DNA from: Octopus bimaculoides
Taxonomy: Eukaryota
Assembly (NCBI RefSeq): GCF_001194135.2
Contig: NC_068988.1
Coordinates: forward strand, 90,730,878 to 90,772,088
DNA length: 41,211 nucleotides
Direction: 5' to 3'
Shown: one piece after another, positions 1 through 11,757 of the stretch
How the letters are laid out: each line of letters opens with the position of its first letter
Position numbering within the stretch: the first letter of the stretch is position 1
Program-made: the position numbers and the translations under genes
Notes under the pieces: generated by a model
What the model was told of the DNA's origin: nothing
The model's database searches: none
The model's input: the letters and a program-made list of their open reading frames with translations, nothing else

Positions 1-35
1 GGCGGCGGTATTAACCTTTATACATTTTCACACGA

Positions 36-410
36 ATGAGTGGCTGTGTGGTAAGAAGTTTGCTTTCCAACCACATGGATCCAGGTACAGTTCCACTCCA
101 TGGCACCTTTAGGAAGTGTCTTCTACTATAACCTCAGACCAACCAAAGCCTTGTGAGTGGATTTGGTAGACAGAAACTGAAAGACGACTGTTGTATGTAT
201 ATATATATATCTATGTGTGTGTGTGGCTTTGTGTCTGTGTTTGTCCCCCTAACACTGCTTGACAATTAGTGTTGATATATTTACATTCCCATAACTTTGC
301 GGTTCAGCAAAAGAAAATAAGAACCAGGGTTGATTAGTCAGACTAAAATTCTTCAAGGTAGTGTCCCAACATAGCCACAGTCAAATGACTGGAACAAGTA
401 AAAAGTAAAA
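36..410 (+). mobile_element. tRNA-derived SINE, family A (CORE-like centre, internal (AT/GT)n)
   Basis: Head GTGGCTGTGTGGTAAGAAG, centre GGCACC..GGAAGTGTCTTCTACTAT, tail CAGTCAAATGACTGGAACAAG; several similar copies in the window. Confidence 0.8.
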
Positions 411-577
411 GATATACAGTCATATGTGTATGTATATGTAATTCTTTAGATGCAGCATGACAGAATGTTTCAGCAGTTTGCTTCACAATCACAAGATCCT
501 GAGTTCAGTCACCCTTTCTGGCATTTTGGGCAAGTGAAAATTTATTGATTGTCGATCTAATTGGATATGGTCTAAAA

Positions 578-1715
578 CAGGGATGGGGAAACTTTTTGTG
601 CATGGCAGTCACCCTACAATTCATCATCCCTCATAGCGGCTGCATTGAACAAATTATTTTTCTTTTTTTAGTTATTTTATCCCCTAAGTAATTTATTAGT
701 AATCTAATAAAAGAAAGACGGGTGTGTAGAAATCGAAAGCAAGACATTTTCAAATATTTTATTTAGGCAAGTAGGTACTTTTTATACAAATTAATGACTT
801 CTTTGAATTTTCTTTTTTTGGAAAAGCATTTTGATATCAGGCTCTAACATAGTGGTTCTTAGTTTCAATTGGTCCTCCAAATGCTCATCTATGAAATTGC
901 GTTCTCAGCAAATTCTTGATTTGCATCAAGTACGAGAATGTGAATCCACAACAGTATGTTGAAGAAAAGTAGGAAATTAGTTGGCATGCATGTTCACAAA
1001 GATGAAGATATTCTACCGCATTTTTCCAAATTTCAATGGCATTTTCTCTCTTGTCAAACAGATTTCAGAATATTATCTTCAGACATTTCAATAAGCTGCA
1101 TTTGTAACCCTTCGGGAGCCACTGATACATCAACTAAGTGAGGCTGAAAAGCAAGTTCCAGAGTGATGTTATCTTTTTCAAAGATATTATATTCTTCTAT
1201 TAATGAGTCTAAAACTGACTAGTATTCTTCAAAAGATTCATAGATATCTTCTTCATTTTCACTCTTTACCTTCGTAAGCTGAGGAAAGTGTTCGTCTGAA
1301 AGTTTTGATTGAGCTAAAAGGAACTTGAAAAACGACAATATTTTTCTAAATGCCCAAATTTTTTGCCACATATAAATACATTTATTTTTGCCTTGCAACG
1401 AAATGTTTAACTCATTTTGTTTTGACATCACATCACAAAAATGCCACCTCTCTGTAAAAATTTGGATCTGATAAATCGCAATGTTTGTTGTTGTCTTTGA
1501 AAAAGTCAATTATTTGCCTTCGTAAAGACAAAATTTTGACCAATACTTTCCCTCGCGACAACCAGCGTGCTTTTGAGTGACAAGACAAATCCATCATCAG
1601 CATTGTTTCAAAATTGATGATGCTTCAGAACATTTGCTCGAATATAGTTTACAATACTTATAACCTTCTGCAATACTTATAACCTTCATCAGTTATAGCA
1701 CGAATGAAATACAAA
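578..1715 (-). mobile_element. hAT (Charlie/SPIN-like) DNA transposon remnant, decayed transposase 3' half
   Basis: Terminus CAGGGATGGGGAAACT at 578, preceded by GTCTAAAA (NTCTARAN-like site). Minus-strand fragments IVNYIRAN, ARWLSRGKVL, DVMSKQNELNISLQGKNK, TYCCGFTFSYLMQIKNLLR and DEHLEDQLKLRTTMLEPDI (hAT dimerisation region), with frameshifts and stops. Confidence 0.85.
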
Positions 1716-1719
1716 ACAA

Positions 1720-2640
1720 CCTTTGCCTTTATCAGATTCATTCTACTGACTTGTTCCTGAGAGGCTATAATTAATGTTTAGGTCTCTCATTTCATGCTTC
1801 TGTTCATCAGCCATGGCCAGATTTCTTTACTTCCAGCATCCTCAATCTGTTGTGGAGGCGCAATGGCCCAGTGGTTAGGGCAGCGGACTCGCGGTCATAG
1901 GATCGCGGTTTCGATTCCCAGACTGGGCGTTGTGAGTGTTTATTGAGCGAAAAAACCTAAAGCTCCACGAGGCTCCGGCAGGGGATGGCGGCGAACCCTG
2001 CCGGACTCTTTCACCACAACTTGCTCTCACTCTTACTTCCTGTTCCTGTTGTGCCTGTATTTCAAAGGGTCAGCCTTGTCACACTCTGTGTCACGCTGAA
2101 TATCCCCGAGAACTACGTTAAGGGTACACGTGTCTGTGGAGTGCTCAGCCACTTGCACGTTAATTTCACGAGCAGGCTGTTCCGTTGATCGGATCAACTG
2201 GAACCCTCGATGTCGTAAGCGATGGAGTGCCAACAAAAAGCAAATCAATCTGTTACATGAATTGGCCATGTAATTCCATTTCTTTTCCCATCTGCTTGCT
2301 CTGTTTTTCTTCCTTGTGTTCTTTAATTTTCCTGCTGTTTCAGAAACTTTGGGGGCATCTCTGGCTGCTATTAGTATTCTTTCTTCACTCTGTAGAACAT
2401 AGTTTTTCAACCTCAGGGAGTAATGATGTCTTTTGCATTTTGTAATCATCTGCCTCCTTCATTTCTTGATAGGTAGAACCTGTCTGTATTACTCTTAGGG
2501 TCTTCTGCACTGTGCATTGAATAACTTCCTAAGTCTTCCATAGTTCTGTTTGCTTGACCTTTGACCATTTTAGAAAGGGAGCAGAGTATCTTAATACTGG
2601 CATAGCCCTGGTATTCACTACTACTACTTTTTCCTCCTTT
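1720..2640 (-). mobile_element. R4/Dong-like non-LTR retrotransposon fragment, interrupted by a SINE
   Basis: Minus-strand pieces VNTRAMPVLRYSAPFLKWS, PKSNTDRFYLSRNEGGR, W..K.ELHGQF and TLIIASQEQVSRMNLIKAK, typical of the region downstream of RT in R4/Dong-type elements; many disablements. Confidence 0.75.
1852..2244 (+). mobile_element. tRNA-derived SINE, family B (octopus OR-like), full length with TSD
   Basis: A box TGGCCCAGTGG, B box GGTTTCGATTCCC; 10-bp direct repeat TCAATCTGTT at 1842-1851 and 2245-2254; close copy at 10205. Confidence 0.9.
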
Positions 2641-2717
2641 TCCTCATCTTGTTGTTAATCAAAGGCATTCCACATATAATCAGTCCGTCTTTTTTTTTTT
2701 TTTTTTTTTGCCATAAG

Positions 2718-3085
2718 TGCAGGCATGGCTTCATGATTAAGAAGTTCACTTCAGAACCACATGGTTTTAAGTTAAGTTCCACAACAAGTGTCTTTTACTA
2801 TGGCCTTGGGCCAACCAAATCCTTGTGAGCGAATTAGATGGACAGAAACTATGTCGGAGCTTATCATACATGTGTGTTTGTGTTTGTCCTCACATTGTTT
2901 GACAACTGGTCAAGCAGTTTTTCTATATCCCTATAACTTAGCAGTCCAGCAAAAGAGACCTATAAAATAATTACCTGACTAATAATAAACTAAAGACTGG
3001 GATTGGTTTTTTTTTTTTTTAACTAAAACCCTTCAAGGCAATGCCCCACCATGGTCGCTATACAATGACTGAAACAAGCACAACA
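2718..3085 (+). mobile_element. SINE family A copy
   Basis: Same head, centre and tail (ATGACTGAAACAAG) as 36-410. Confidence 0.75.
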
Positions 3086-3284
3086 GTGTGCCTCAGACTA
3101 CATTACCCAATATTTATTTCCATTTTTAAACTGGTTGGACGTGATTTAAGGGGTTTCTAGCTGTTATTTCCTGCAAGTTTTGCGACAGCATTGAGATTAC
3201 ATCATTGGCACTATAGCTGAAATCATTTTTGCACCTAAAGAGAAAACTTGGCCTTTAAGATACAGCTGAAAAACACAACTGAAA

Positions 3285-3869
3285 NNNNNNNNNNNNNNNN
3301 NNNNNNNNNNNNNNNNNNNNNNNNNNNNNNNNNNNNNNNNNNNNNNNNNNNNNNNNNNNNNNNNNNNNNNNNNNNNNNNNNNNNNNNNNNNNNNNNNNNN
3401 NNNNNNNNNNNNNNNNNNNNNNNNNNNNNNNNNNNNNNNNNNNNNNNNNNNNNNNNNNNNNNNNNNNNNNNNNNNNNNNNNNNNNNNNNNNNNNNNNNNN
3501 NNNNNNNNNNNNNNNNNNNNNNNNNNNNNNNNNNNNNNNNNNNNNNNNNNNNNNNNNNNNNNNNNNNNNNNNNNNNNNNNNNNNNNNNNNNNNNNNNNNN
3601 NNNNNNNNNNNNNNNNNNNNNNNNNNNNNNNNNNNNNNNNNNNNNNNNNNNNNNNNNNNNNNNNNNNNNNNNNNNNNNNNNNNNNNNNNNNNNNNNNNNN
3701 NNNNNNNNNNNNNNNNNNNNNNNNNNNNNNNNNNNNNNNNNNNNNNNNNNNNNNNNNNNNNNNNNNNNNNNNNNNNNNNNNNNNNNNNNNNNNNNNNNNN
3801 NNNNNNNNNNNNNNNNNNNNNNNNNNNNNNNNNNNNNNNNNNNNNNNNNNNNNNNNNNNNNNNNNNNNN
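3285..3869. other. Assembly gap (N run)
   Basis: Continuous Ns. Confidence 1.
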
Positions 3870-4109
3870 ACTCACTGGTTTGATTTCCACTCATTTGCTT
3901 ATTGATTTTTCTAAAATTTTTGTTGCTTCTTGCAACCTCTTCAATAGTCAATGATTATTGAAGAGGTTTCAAGAAGCAAAGAAGATTTTAGAAAAAATAA
4001 ATAAGTAAATGAGTGGAAATCGAACCGGTGAGTGTATTAATTGATAAGCATCAAAACAGAATGACTCTACCCAGACACGATAAAATATATATATGTATAC
4101 ATATGGGAG

Positions 4110-4280
4110 AATTTACGAAAAAAACAACAGACGAAGACAGGTGGTGTAAACAACAAATGGATGTATTAGTTTAATGCTCGGGAATAGAGAAAGTCTTTGA
4201 CGTTTCGAGCTACGCTCTTCAACTGAAAGGAACACAGAAAGAAATAAGGAGAGAAACAAGAAGAAGAAATATAAGGAGCA

Positions 4281-4316
<36 letters not shown>

Positions 4317-4720
4317 TACACATATATGCATAACTATCTGTAACATATACACCTGGTATGTACAAAGAAAGATTTACAACACAGACCCATGTTTGCCACC
4401 TTGGAATCCTCTGTGTAGTGGGTTGATCCACTACTCAGGAAGAGACTATTCTAGAGTACGTTCTGTCTTATCTTCGAAACGTCTAGATAGAATAGAGACA
4501 GCTGATGAAGGGATATTCCAAGTGGCTTTCCGTTTTCCTATATGTTCGTTCCGTTGTCTGTAGTTTATTGTTCTAACGTCCTGTACCCTGATATGCATGT
4601 ATATACACATGTAGATGTAAGTATGTACATATATGTGCGTATACATGTATATATATTCTTTGTATTATTACATTATTGAACGCACACGTCCTTTTTTGCA
4701 AGTAAGTCTACTATATATAT
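4110..4720. mobile_element. Penelope-like element terminal-repeat remnants (about 4110-4240 minus, 4441-4720 plus)
   Basis: GAAGAG..CTCGAAACGTC (minus) and CGAAACGTC/CTGATGAAGG (plus) motifs characteristic of Penelope-like repeats; no ORF seen. Confidence 0.5.
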
Positions 4721-4974
4721 ATATATACACACAAGAAGATTTGTAATGCATGCTCACACCTCAGCCAATATATACCCATGAAGGTCTGTAGCACATACAA
4801 TGTATACACTGGAAAATGCATAACCCCCCAACATATGTGCAAGATCTGTTACACACACGCACACAAACACCACACCCAGTATATACACAGGATAGTCTGT
4901 AATGCACAAAAGAACCCATGTCAGTTTTACCAAATACCATGAAGAATTCATTGTTTTCTTTCATGTTTTTACAG

Positions 4975-5033
4975 GAGAGACACACCACAAGTACGAGTGA
5001 GTGGAGCTATTCTGATTGGTTATTCTCTTGCTG
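4975..5033 (+). CDS. TLCD4: TLCD4-like internal exon (59 nt)
   Basis: Acceptor tttttacag|G, donor CTG|gtgagt; encodes [19 protein letters not shown], matching the TMEM56 G-Y-x-x-x-D segment; phases fit the next exon. Confidence 0.85.
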
Positions 5034-5930
5034 GTGAGTCATCCTGATTGGTTGTTTCCATTCCTTATATTTTTCCATTGACTGCTTTGCAAATTGATTT
5101 GTTATTTCTGTTTTGGCTGTGGGGAGGAGATGGGGCAGGTGATGGATGGCTAGTGACTCACCCTTGATACTTTGTATGTTGTTCACAGACCCTGCACTTT
5201 TGGTGTTCTGATGTCACATCCTGTTGGAGGTTAATTTCATCTTGTTACTGTTAGATAACATCACCACTAACAATAGCAGCAGCACCACCACCACCACCAC
5301 CATCATCATCATCAAATAACCATCATCATTTTGAATCATCTTGTAGTTACTCAGACTGGTAGAAATAACAGCCTGAAAAATCACACCCCTTATTATCCTT
5401 AAGAAAAGAAGGACACATTGCATATTGTAATCATAGATGCACGTTGATTAAAAACAAACAAATTGATTGAGAAGAGAATGCCTTTGATCATAATACGATT
5501 GCCTGATCAGAACTGACCTGGGGCTAAATAGAGACATTCATTGCTTTCATCATAATTACCACCACCACCACCATGATCATTATGGTCTTCACTACCATCA
5601 TAACTATCATTACCACCACCCACCACCATTATTATCATCGTTACTAATGTAATGACCATTTATATTGTGATTAGTATACTGATATTTTTATTTTTGTCAT
5701 CATCATCATCATCATCATTATGTCGTCATCATCATCATTACCATCATCATCATCTTCATCACTACCATTATAGCTTATCATATTGTGACTATTATACTCA
5801 TATTCTTGTTTTTTTCATCATTATCATCATCACCACCACCACTATCATCATCATCATCATTACTACCACTGAAATTATTTATTGTGAGTTGTATACTCAC
5901 ATTACTATTGCTATTTTTAGTATCATCATC

Positions 5931-5982
<52 letters not shown>

Positions 5983-6602
5983 CTACCATTGTAATTATAT
6001 TTATTGTAAGCTGCATCTTCATATTATTATCATTGTTATTTTCAGCATCATCACCATCATAATTCCTCCTTATCATCATCATCATCAACTGTTTTGCATT
6101 CATCTTCTTTTGTAGTCATATGTTAGATGGTATTTACAATACAATATGTCTTGCATGTGTGTTCTTTTATCATCTTGGCTATCAGCTCTACTCTGTTCTG
6201 ACTACTTTATCTCAGATCTTCTTCCACTTATCTCTAGTTTTGGAGCATTCCACCAGTAAGGCTTGACACCCTTTTTCATTTAATATGCATTATCTATTTA
6301 CTTTATATATATATCTAAAATCAACACTGTCATCTCTCCTACATATAATTAGTCAATATCTCTCCTTGCATGTATTAATCAATAACTTCTCTCCTTGCAT
6401 ACATTAGCCTGCCTCATCTTTTCAGCATATATTAGCCCATATCTTCTCTATTGCATACATTAGCCAATATACTAAATATCCTGTTGCTATTTCAACTGAC
6501 TTGTGTTCAATCTTTATTTTGAGTTAGTGTTACACATCAAAGAGTTCAAATTTAATTCGATTCCTTCCTTCATTCACGAATCATGTTTCACTTTCACACA
6601 CA

Positions 6603-6636
<34 letters not shown>

Positions 6637-7343
6637 TCTTGCACTCACTACCACACACACATGTGCCACATATAGTCGAGCCAATAAGGGAGCCTCAACC
6701 TAGTCGTTTGATCTGCTAGATATAGCAGCTAAATCTGCTTCAAATCACAGCTTACTATCCTAAAAAAAAGGTAAACATTGGATAATGTGTCCTGGGGTCT
6801 CTGCACATAGGGAATCATATTGGATTGTCATGGTTGGAATGTCTTTGATGCTTGGTCTGCTCAATAAGAACTGAATTGAGGTTAAACAACAATTGACTAC
6901 ATATAGAGAGTTCCCTGTGTTCTGTGACCCTATCTCACAATTGTATATCATTATATACTACATGTAGTCTTAAAAGTTCACTGTCTCATGTTTCACAACC
7001 ATGCAGTTATACCTCATGTTTGCTTACATCCCAAGTAAACATAACGCTTCGGCAAAAGAGGCATATAGAATAAGTACCAGACTTTATCCAACTGAAACCC
7101 TGCGAGGCGATGTTCCAGTGTGGCTGCAGTCCAATGAATGAAATAAGTAACAGAAATAAAGAAAGAAAATACACATATAGGCACAGGAGTGGCTATGTGG
7201 TAAGTAGCTTTCTTACCAACCGCATGGTTCCAGGTTCAGTCCCACTGCGTGGCACATTGGGCAAGTGACTTCTACTATAGCCATGAGCCGACCAGAAGCC
7301 TTGTGAGTAGATTTGGTAGACAGAAACTGAAAGAAGCCCGTCG

Positions 7344-7382
<39 letters not shown>

Positions 7383-9161
7383 ATATACGCGCACACATCA
7401 TCACTTGACAACCGATGTTGGTGTGTTTGCATCCCCGTAACTTAGTGGTTCAGCAAAAGAGGCATATAGAATAAGTACTAGGGTTGATTTGTTCGACTAA
7501 AGGCGGTGCTCCAGCATGGCCACAGTCAAATGACTGAAACAAGTGAAAGAATAGAAGAATACCACATACAATCCCCTATATTCATTGTCCATGTTTCACT
7601 ATCATGTGGCATCACATATCTCATGTAGTTCTCTTCATTCACTATAGTTCACAACCATTCAGTCATATAAGTTACTCAGACCACATACAGCTCTCTATAC
7701 ATTCACTCACTAGATTTCTCTGCCATGCACTGTCATCTATCTTACACATCATTGTTCTCTATGTACATTATACCATCTTTCACACTACATCATATCCTTA
7801 ACTTCATATGTCTGTCTGTCTGTCTTTATCTACAATCTGTCTCTATGTCTGTTTATCTATCTTCCTCACCTGCCTACCTACTAATGTACACACACAGTAC
7901 TGCTGCACGTCACTTTGGGAAAGTCACTTTGGGCAAGTGCTGGGGCACCACCTTAATTGTCTAGTTGAATGAATCGACCCCAGTACTTTTTTTTTGTTTT
8001 TTGTTTTTTTTAAAGCTTGGTGTTTAATCTCTTGGTCTCTTTTGCCAACCTGCTATGTTATGGGGATGTAAACAGACCAACAACAGTAGTCAAGTGGGGA
8101 GGGACAAACAAAGACACACACACACATGCACAAGCACACACATACATATATCTACAATAGGCTCCTTTCAATTTCCGTCTACTAAATTCATTCCCTATGG
8201 CCTCACACTTTGGTCAGCCCATAGTAGAAGACACTTGCCCAAAGTGTCATGCAGTGGGACTGAACCAGGAACCATGTGGTTGAGAAGCAAGCTTCTTACC
8301 ACACAGCCACGCCTGCGTGTATGGAAAAATGAATGTGTATGTGTGTATTTATGTATACACTAATGTACCTACATCACTATATCAACCAGACTATCATATG
8401 TTTTTATATACCACTGATCACATAGTTATATACCACTAACAGATGTTTTTATATACCACTGCCACTTCCTCGCATTGTTGTAGCTTTCGAATGATGTCAC
8501 CTTGCTGACTTGGCAGGCAGGTCAACATTCCCCTTGAACAAAATGGCACTCCATCACAGAGTTACCCATTTATAGCTGAATTGACCGGAGCAGCATGAAA
8601 TGAAGTGTTTTGCTCAAGAACACAACATACTGCCAGTCTGGAGATTGAAACCACAATCTTACAATTGTGAGAGCTACAGCCGAACAACTAGGCCAAGTGC
8701 CTTCACAATGTGCCTACATCAGTATGCAATTAGCATAGAGCAATGTACAGTAATTGAATGCATAACATACTTGTATGTATAATAATGCAATACATTTAAT
8801 AATTATTTTTTAAAATCAATATCCCTACCTTAATACTCATGTGCATGCAAATATAACAAGTTATAATTCATGTGATTGCATATTTATTTACCCATGTCAG
8901 TGTAGTGAATGATGTGTGTGTGTTTGTGTTTTTTGTCTATATATATGTATATTTATATAGTCATCTGGTGCAATTTAAACTTATCAAACTGGTTTCAAAT
9001 TATGGAGATTACATTTAAATAGAGTAGTTAAAAATGTAATCCCCATAATTTGAAATCTTTATGATGAGTGCTAAGGCATGAAACTCTCAGCCCTTGAGTC
9101 ACTCTGCAACTTCTGTCTATTAATAATAGAATATCTATCTATCTATCTAGCTATCTATCTC

Positions 9162-9197
<36 letters not shown>

Positions 9198-9734
9198 TCT
9201 ATCTAAAAATATTAGGTATTGAACCAGTATCTCCTTGGATGATACCATCTCTTAATGAGGCCAACATAACCTCCAGTTGAATTATATATATATATANNNN
9301 NNNNNNNNNNNNNNNNNNNNNNNNNNNNNNNNNNNNNNNNNNNNNNNNNNNNNNNNNNNNNNNNNNNNNNNNNNNNNNNNNNNNNNNNNNNNNNNNNNNN
9401 NNNNNNNNNNNNNNNNNNNNNNNNNNNNNNNNNNNNNNNNNNNNNNNNNNNNNNNNNNNNNNNNNNNNNNNNNNNNNNNNNNNNNNNNNNNNNNNNNNNN
9501 NNNNNNNNNNNNNNNNNNNNNNNNNNNNNNNNNNNNNNNNNNNNNNNNNNNNNNNNNNNNNNNNNNNNNNNNNNNNNNNNNNNNNNNNNNNNNNNNNNNN
9601 NNNNNNNNNNNNNNNNNNNNNNNNNNNNNNNNNNNNNNNNNNTTTGTGAATTTGTGTATGTGTGTACATGTGTATGTGTGTGTGTGTGTGTGTGTGTGTA
9701 TGCAGCTCTCTCCCTCTCTTTATATCTATCTTTC

Positions 9735-9769
<35 letters not shown>

Positions 9770-11498
9770 GTATGTATTATATACTATCTTGATTCTCTGT
9801 TTCAGACTCATTAGTAATGGCTTTGCACTATGACAAAATAGGTGAAATATTCTATTTTTTGCACCATGCATCTGCAGCGTATGCATTTTTCTATGTTGCT
9901 GTAAGTATTTTGAACAGTTTCTTGTCATTCTACATTCATGTAACATCATTATTATTAGCATTTGATGAAAACTCTCAGCTTATTTTGGGTATGGTGGAAA
10001 GCATCAGCTATTCACAGCCAGTAGAGAACTCTTACAGCTCCAAGCTATGGTGATATTTGTAGGTGTTCTATCTTTACATTTGTATTGATCTTTTAGAGCC
10101 ATGTTAGTTGTTTAGTGCTGATACTTCCAAGCGCGCTAATTACAATTAGTATTATTATTATTATGACTATTACTATGACTACTACTACTACTACTACTAC
10201 TACAGTGGAGGCGCAATGGCCCAGTGGTTAGGGCAGCGGACTCGCGGTCATAGGATCGTGGTTTCGATTCCCAGGCCGGGCGTTGTGAGTATTTATTGAG
10301 CGAAAACACCTAAAGGCTCCACGAGGCTCCGGCAGGGGATGGTGGCGAACCCCTGCTGTACTCTTCCACCACAACTTTCTCTCACTCTTACTTCCTGTTT
10401 CTGTTGTGCCTGTAATTCAAAGNNNNNNNNNNATGGTGGCGAACCCCTGCTGTACTCTTCCACCACAACTTTCTCTCACTCTTACTTCCTGTTTCTGTTG
10501 TGCCTGTAATTCAAAGGGTCAGCCTTGTCACACTGTGTCATGCTGAATATCCCCGAGAACTGCGTTAAGGGTACATGTGTCTGTGGAGTGCTCAGCCACT
10601 TGCATGTTAGTTTCACGAGCAGGCTGTTCCGTTGATCGGATCAACTGGAACCCTCGACATTGTAAGCAATGGAGTGCTAACAACTACTACTACTATAAGT
10701 GAGGTTACATGGTTTAATGGTTAGGGTCTTGTACTCACAATCTAGTGATCATGATTTCAATTCCTAGACCAGGTGGTGTGTTGTTCTTTAGCAAAACACT
10801 TCATCTCACATTGCTCTGTGATCACTTTGACACCTGGTGCATGATACACTGTGCACCTGTTCAGACAGTGTTGATCTGATGGAGAGAATAAGCTATTGTG
10901 TGGCATGAACATTTGATCACTACAAACAAATCATTTGTGCAGGTCATTCGGCACAAAGCTGATCATTCATACATCATCTTCGATGAGGAAATCCATCATC
11001 ATCATTATTATCATTATTATTAAGGCAGTGAGCTGGCAGAATTGTTAGCATGCTGGGCGAAATGATTACCAGTATTTCATCCACCATCTGCACATTCTGA
11101 GTTCAAATTCTGCCAAGGTCGACTTTACCTTTCATCGTTTCAAGATTGATGAAATAAGTACCAGTTGAGTGCTGGGGTTAATGTAATCAAGATACCCCAC
11201 CCCTGAAATTGCTGGCCTTGTACCTATAGTAGGAAGGATTATTATTATTGTGTTTATTATTAATGTTAGTAGTAGTAGTAGTTGTAATTCGGCAAGCTGA
11301 GAGAATTGTTAGGTCACCAGGCAAAATGCTAAGCAGCATTTCATTCGTCTTTACATTCTGAATTCACTTCCTCCAGGGTCAAGTTTGCCTTTCATCCTTT
11401 TGGGGTCAATTATATAAATACCAGTTACACACTGGAGTCGATGTAATCAAGTTAATCTCTTGCCCCAAATTTGAGGCCTTTTGCTTCCAGTAGAAAGA

Positions 11499-11550
<52 letters not shown>

Positions 11551-11707
11551 TTTTAAAAGGACTGACGTAACTCTTCACGAAGGTAAATAGTCAAGACGAA
11601 GAGCGCGATTCGATTGTATAAATGTTTTATTCGTTGAACAATATTTCGACAGTACATCTGTCTTTGTCAAGTTCAAAACAAAAGGTGTGAATCATTATTA
11701 TTATTAT

Positions 11708-11757
<50 letters not shown>

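Noticed and set aside
1855-1930. tRNA-like sequence (also at 10208)
   Set aside because: No complete cloverleaf or acceptor stem; it is the head of a SINE with a body and TSD.
2498-2520. Possible upstream TLCD4 exon (V-F-C-T-V-H)
   Set aside because: Immediate TGA, and it lies on the antisense strand of the R4/Dong-like fragment.
3235-3951. Long ORFs here and at 9199-9792, 16655-17519 and 20295-20973
   Set aside because: They are open only because they run through N gaps.
6115-6260. Possible TLCD4 exon encoding DYFISDLL
   Set aside because: Ends in a stop with no fitting donor; the matching segment is already supplied by the 4975 and 9806 exons.
9901-10053. Read-through ORF after the 95-nt exon
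   Set aside because: Strong consensus donor GTAAGT and no protein-like features in the extension.
10339-10516. Apparent 84-bp tandem duplication inside the SINE
   Set aside because: The two copies directly flank a 10-N gap; most likely unmerged contig overlap.
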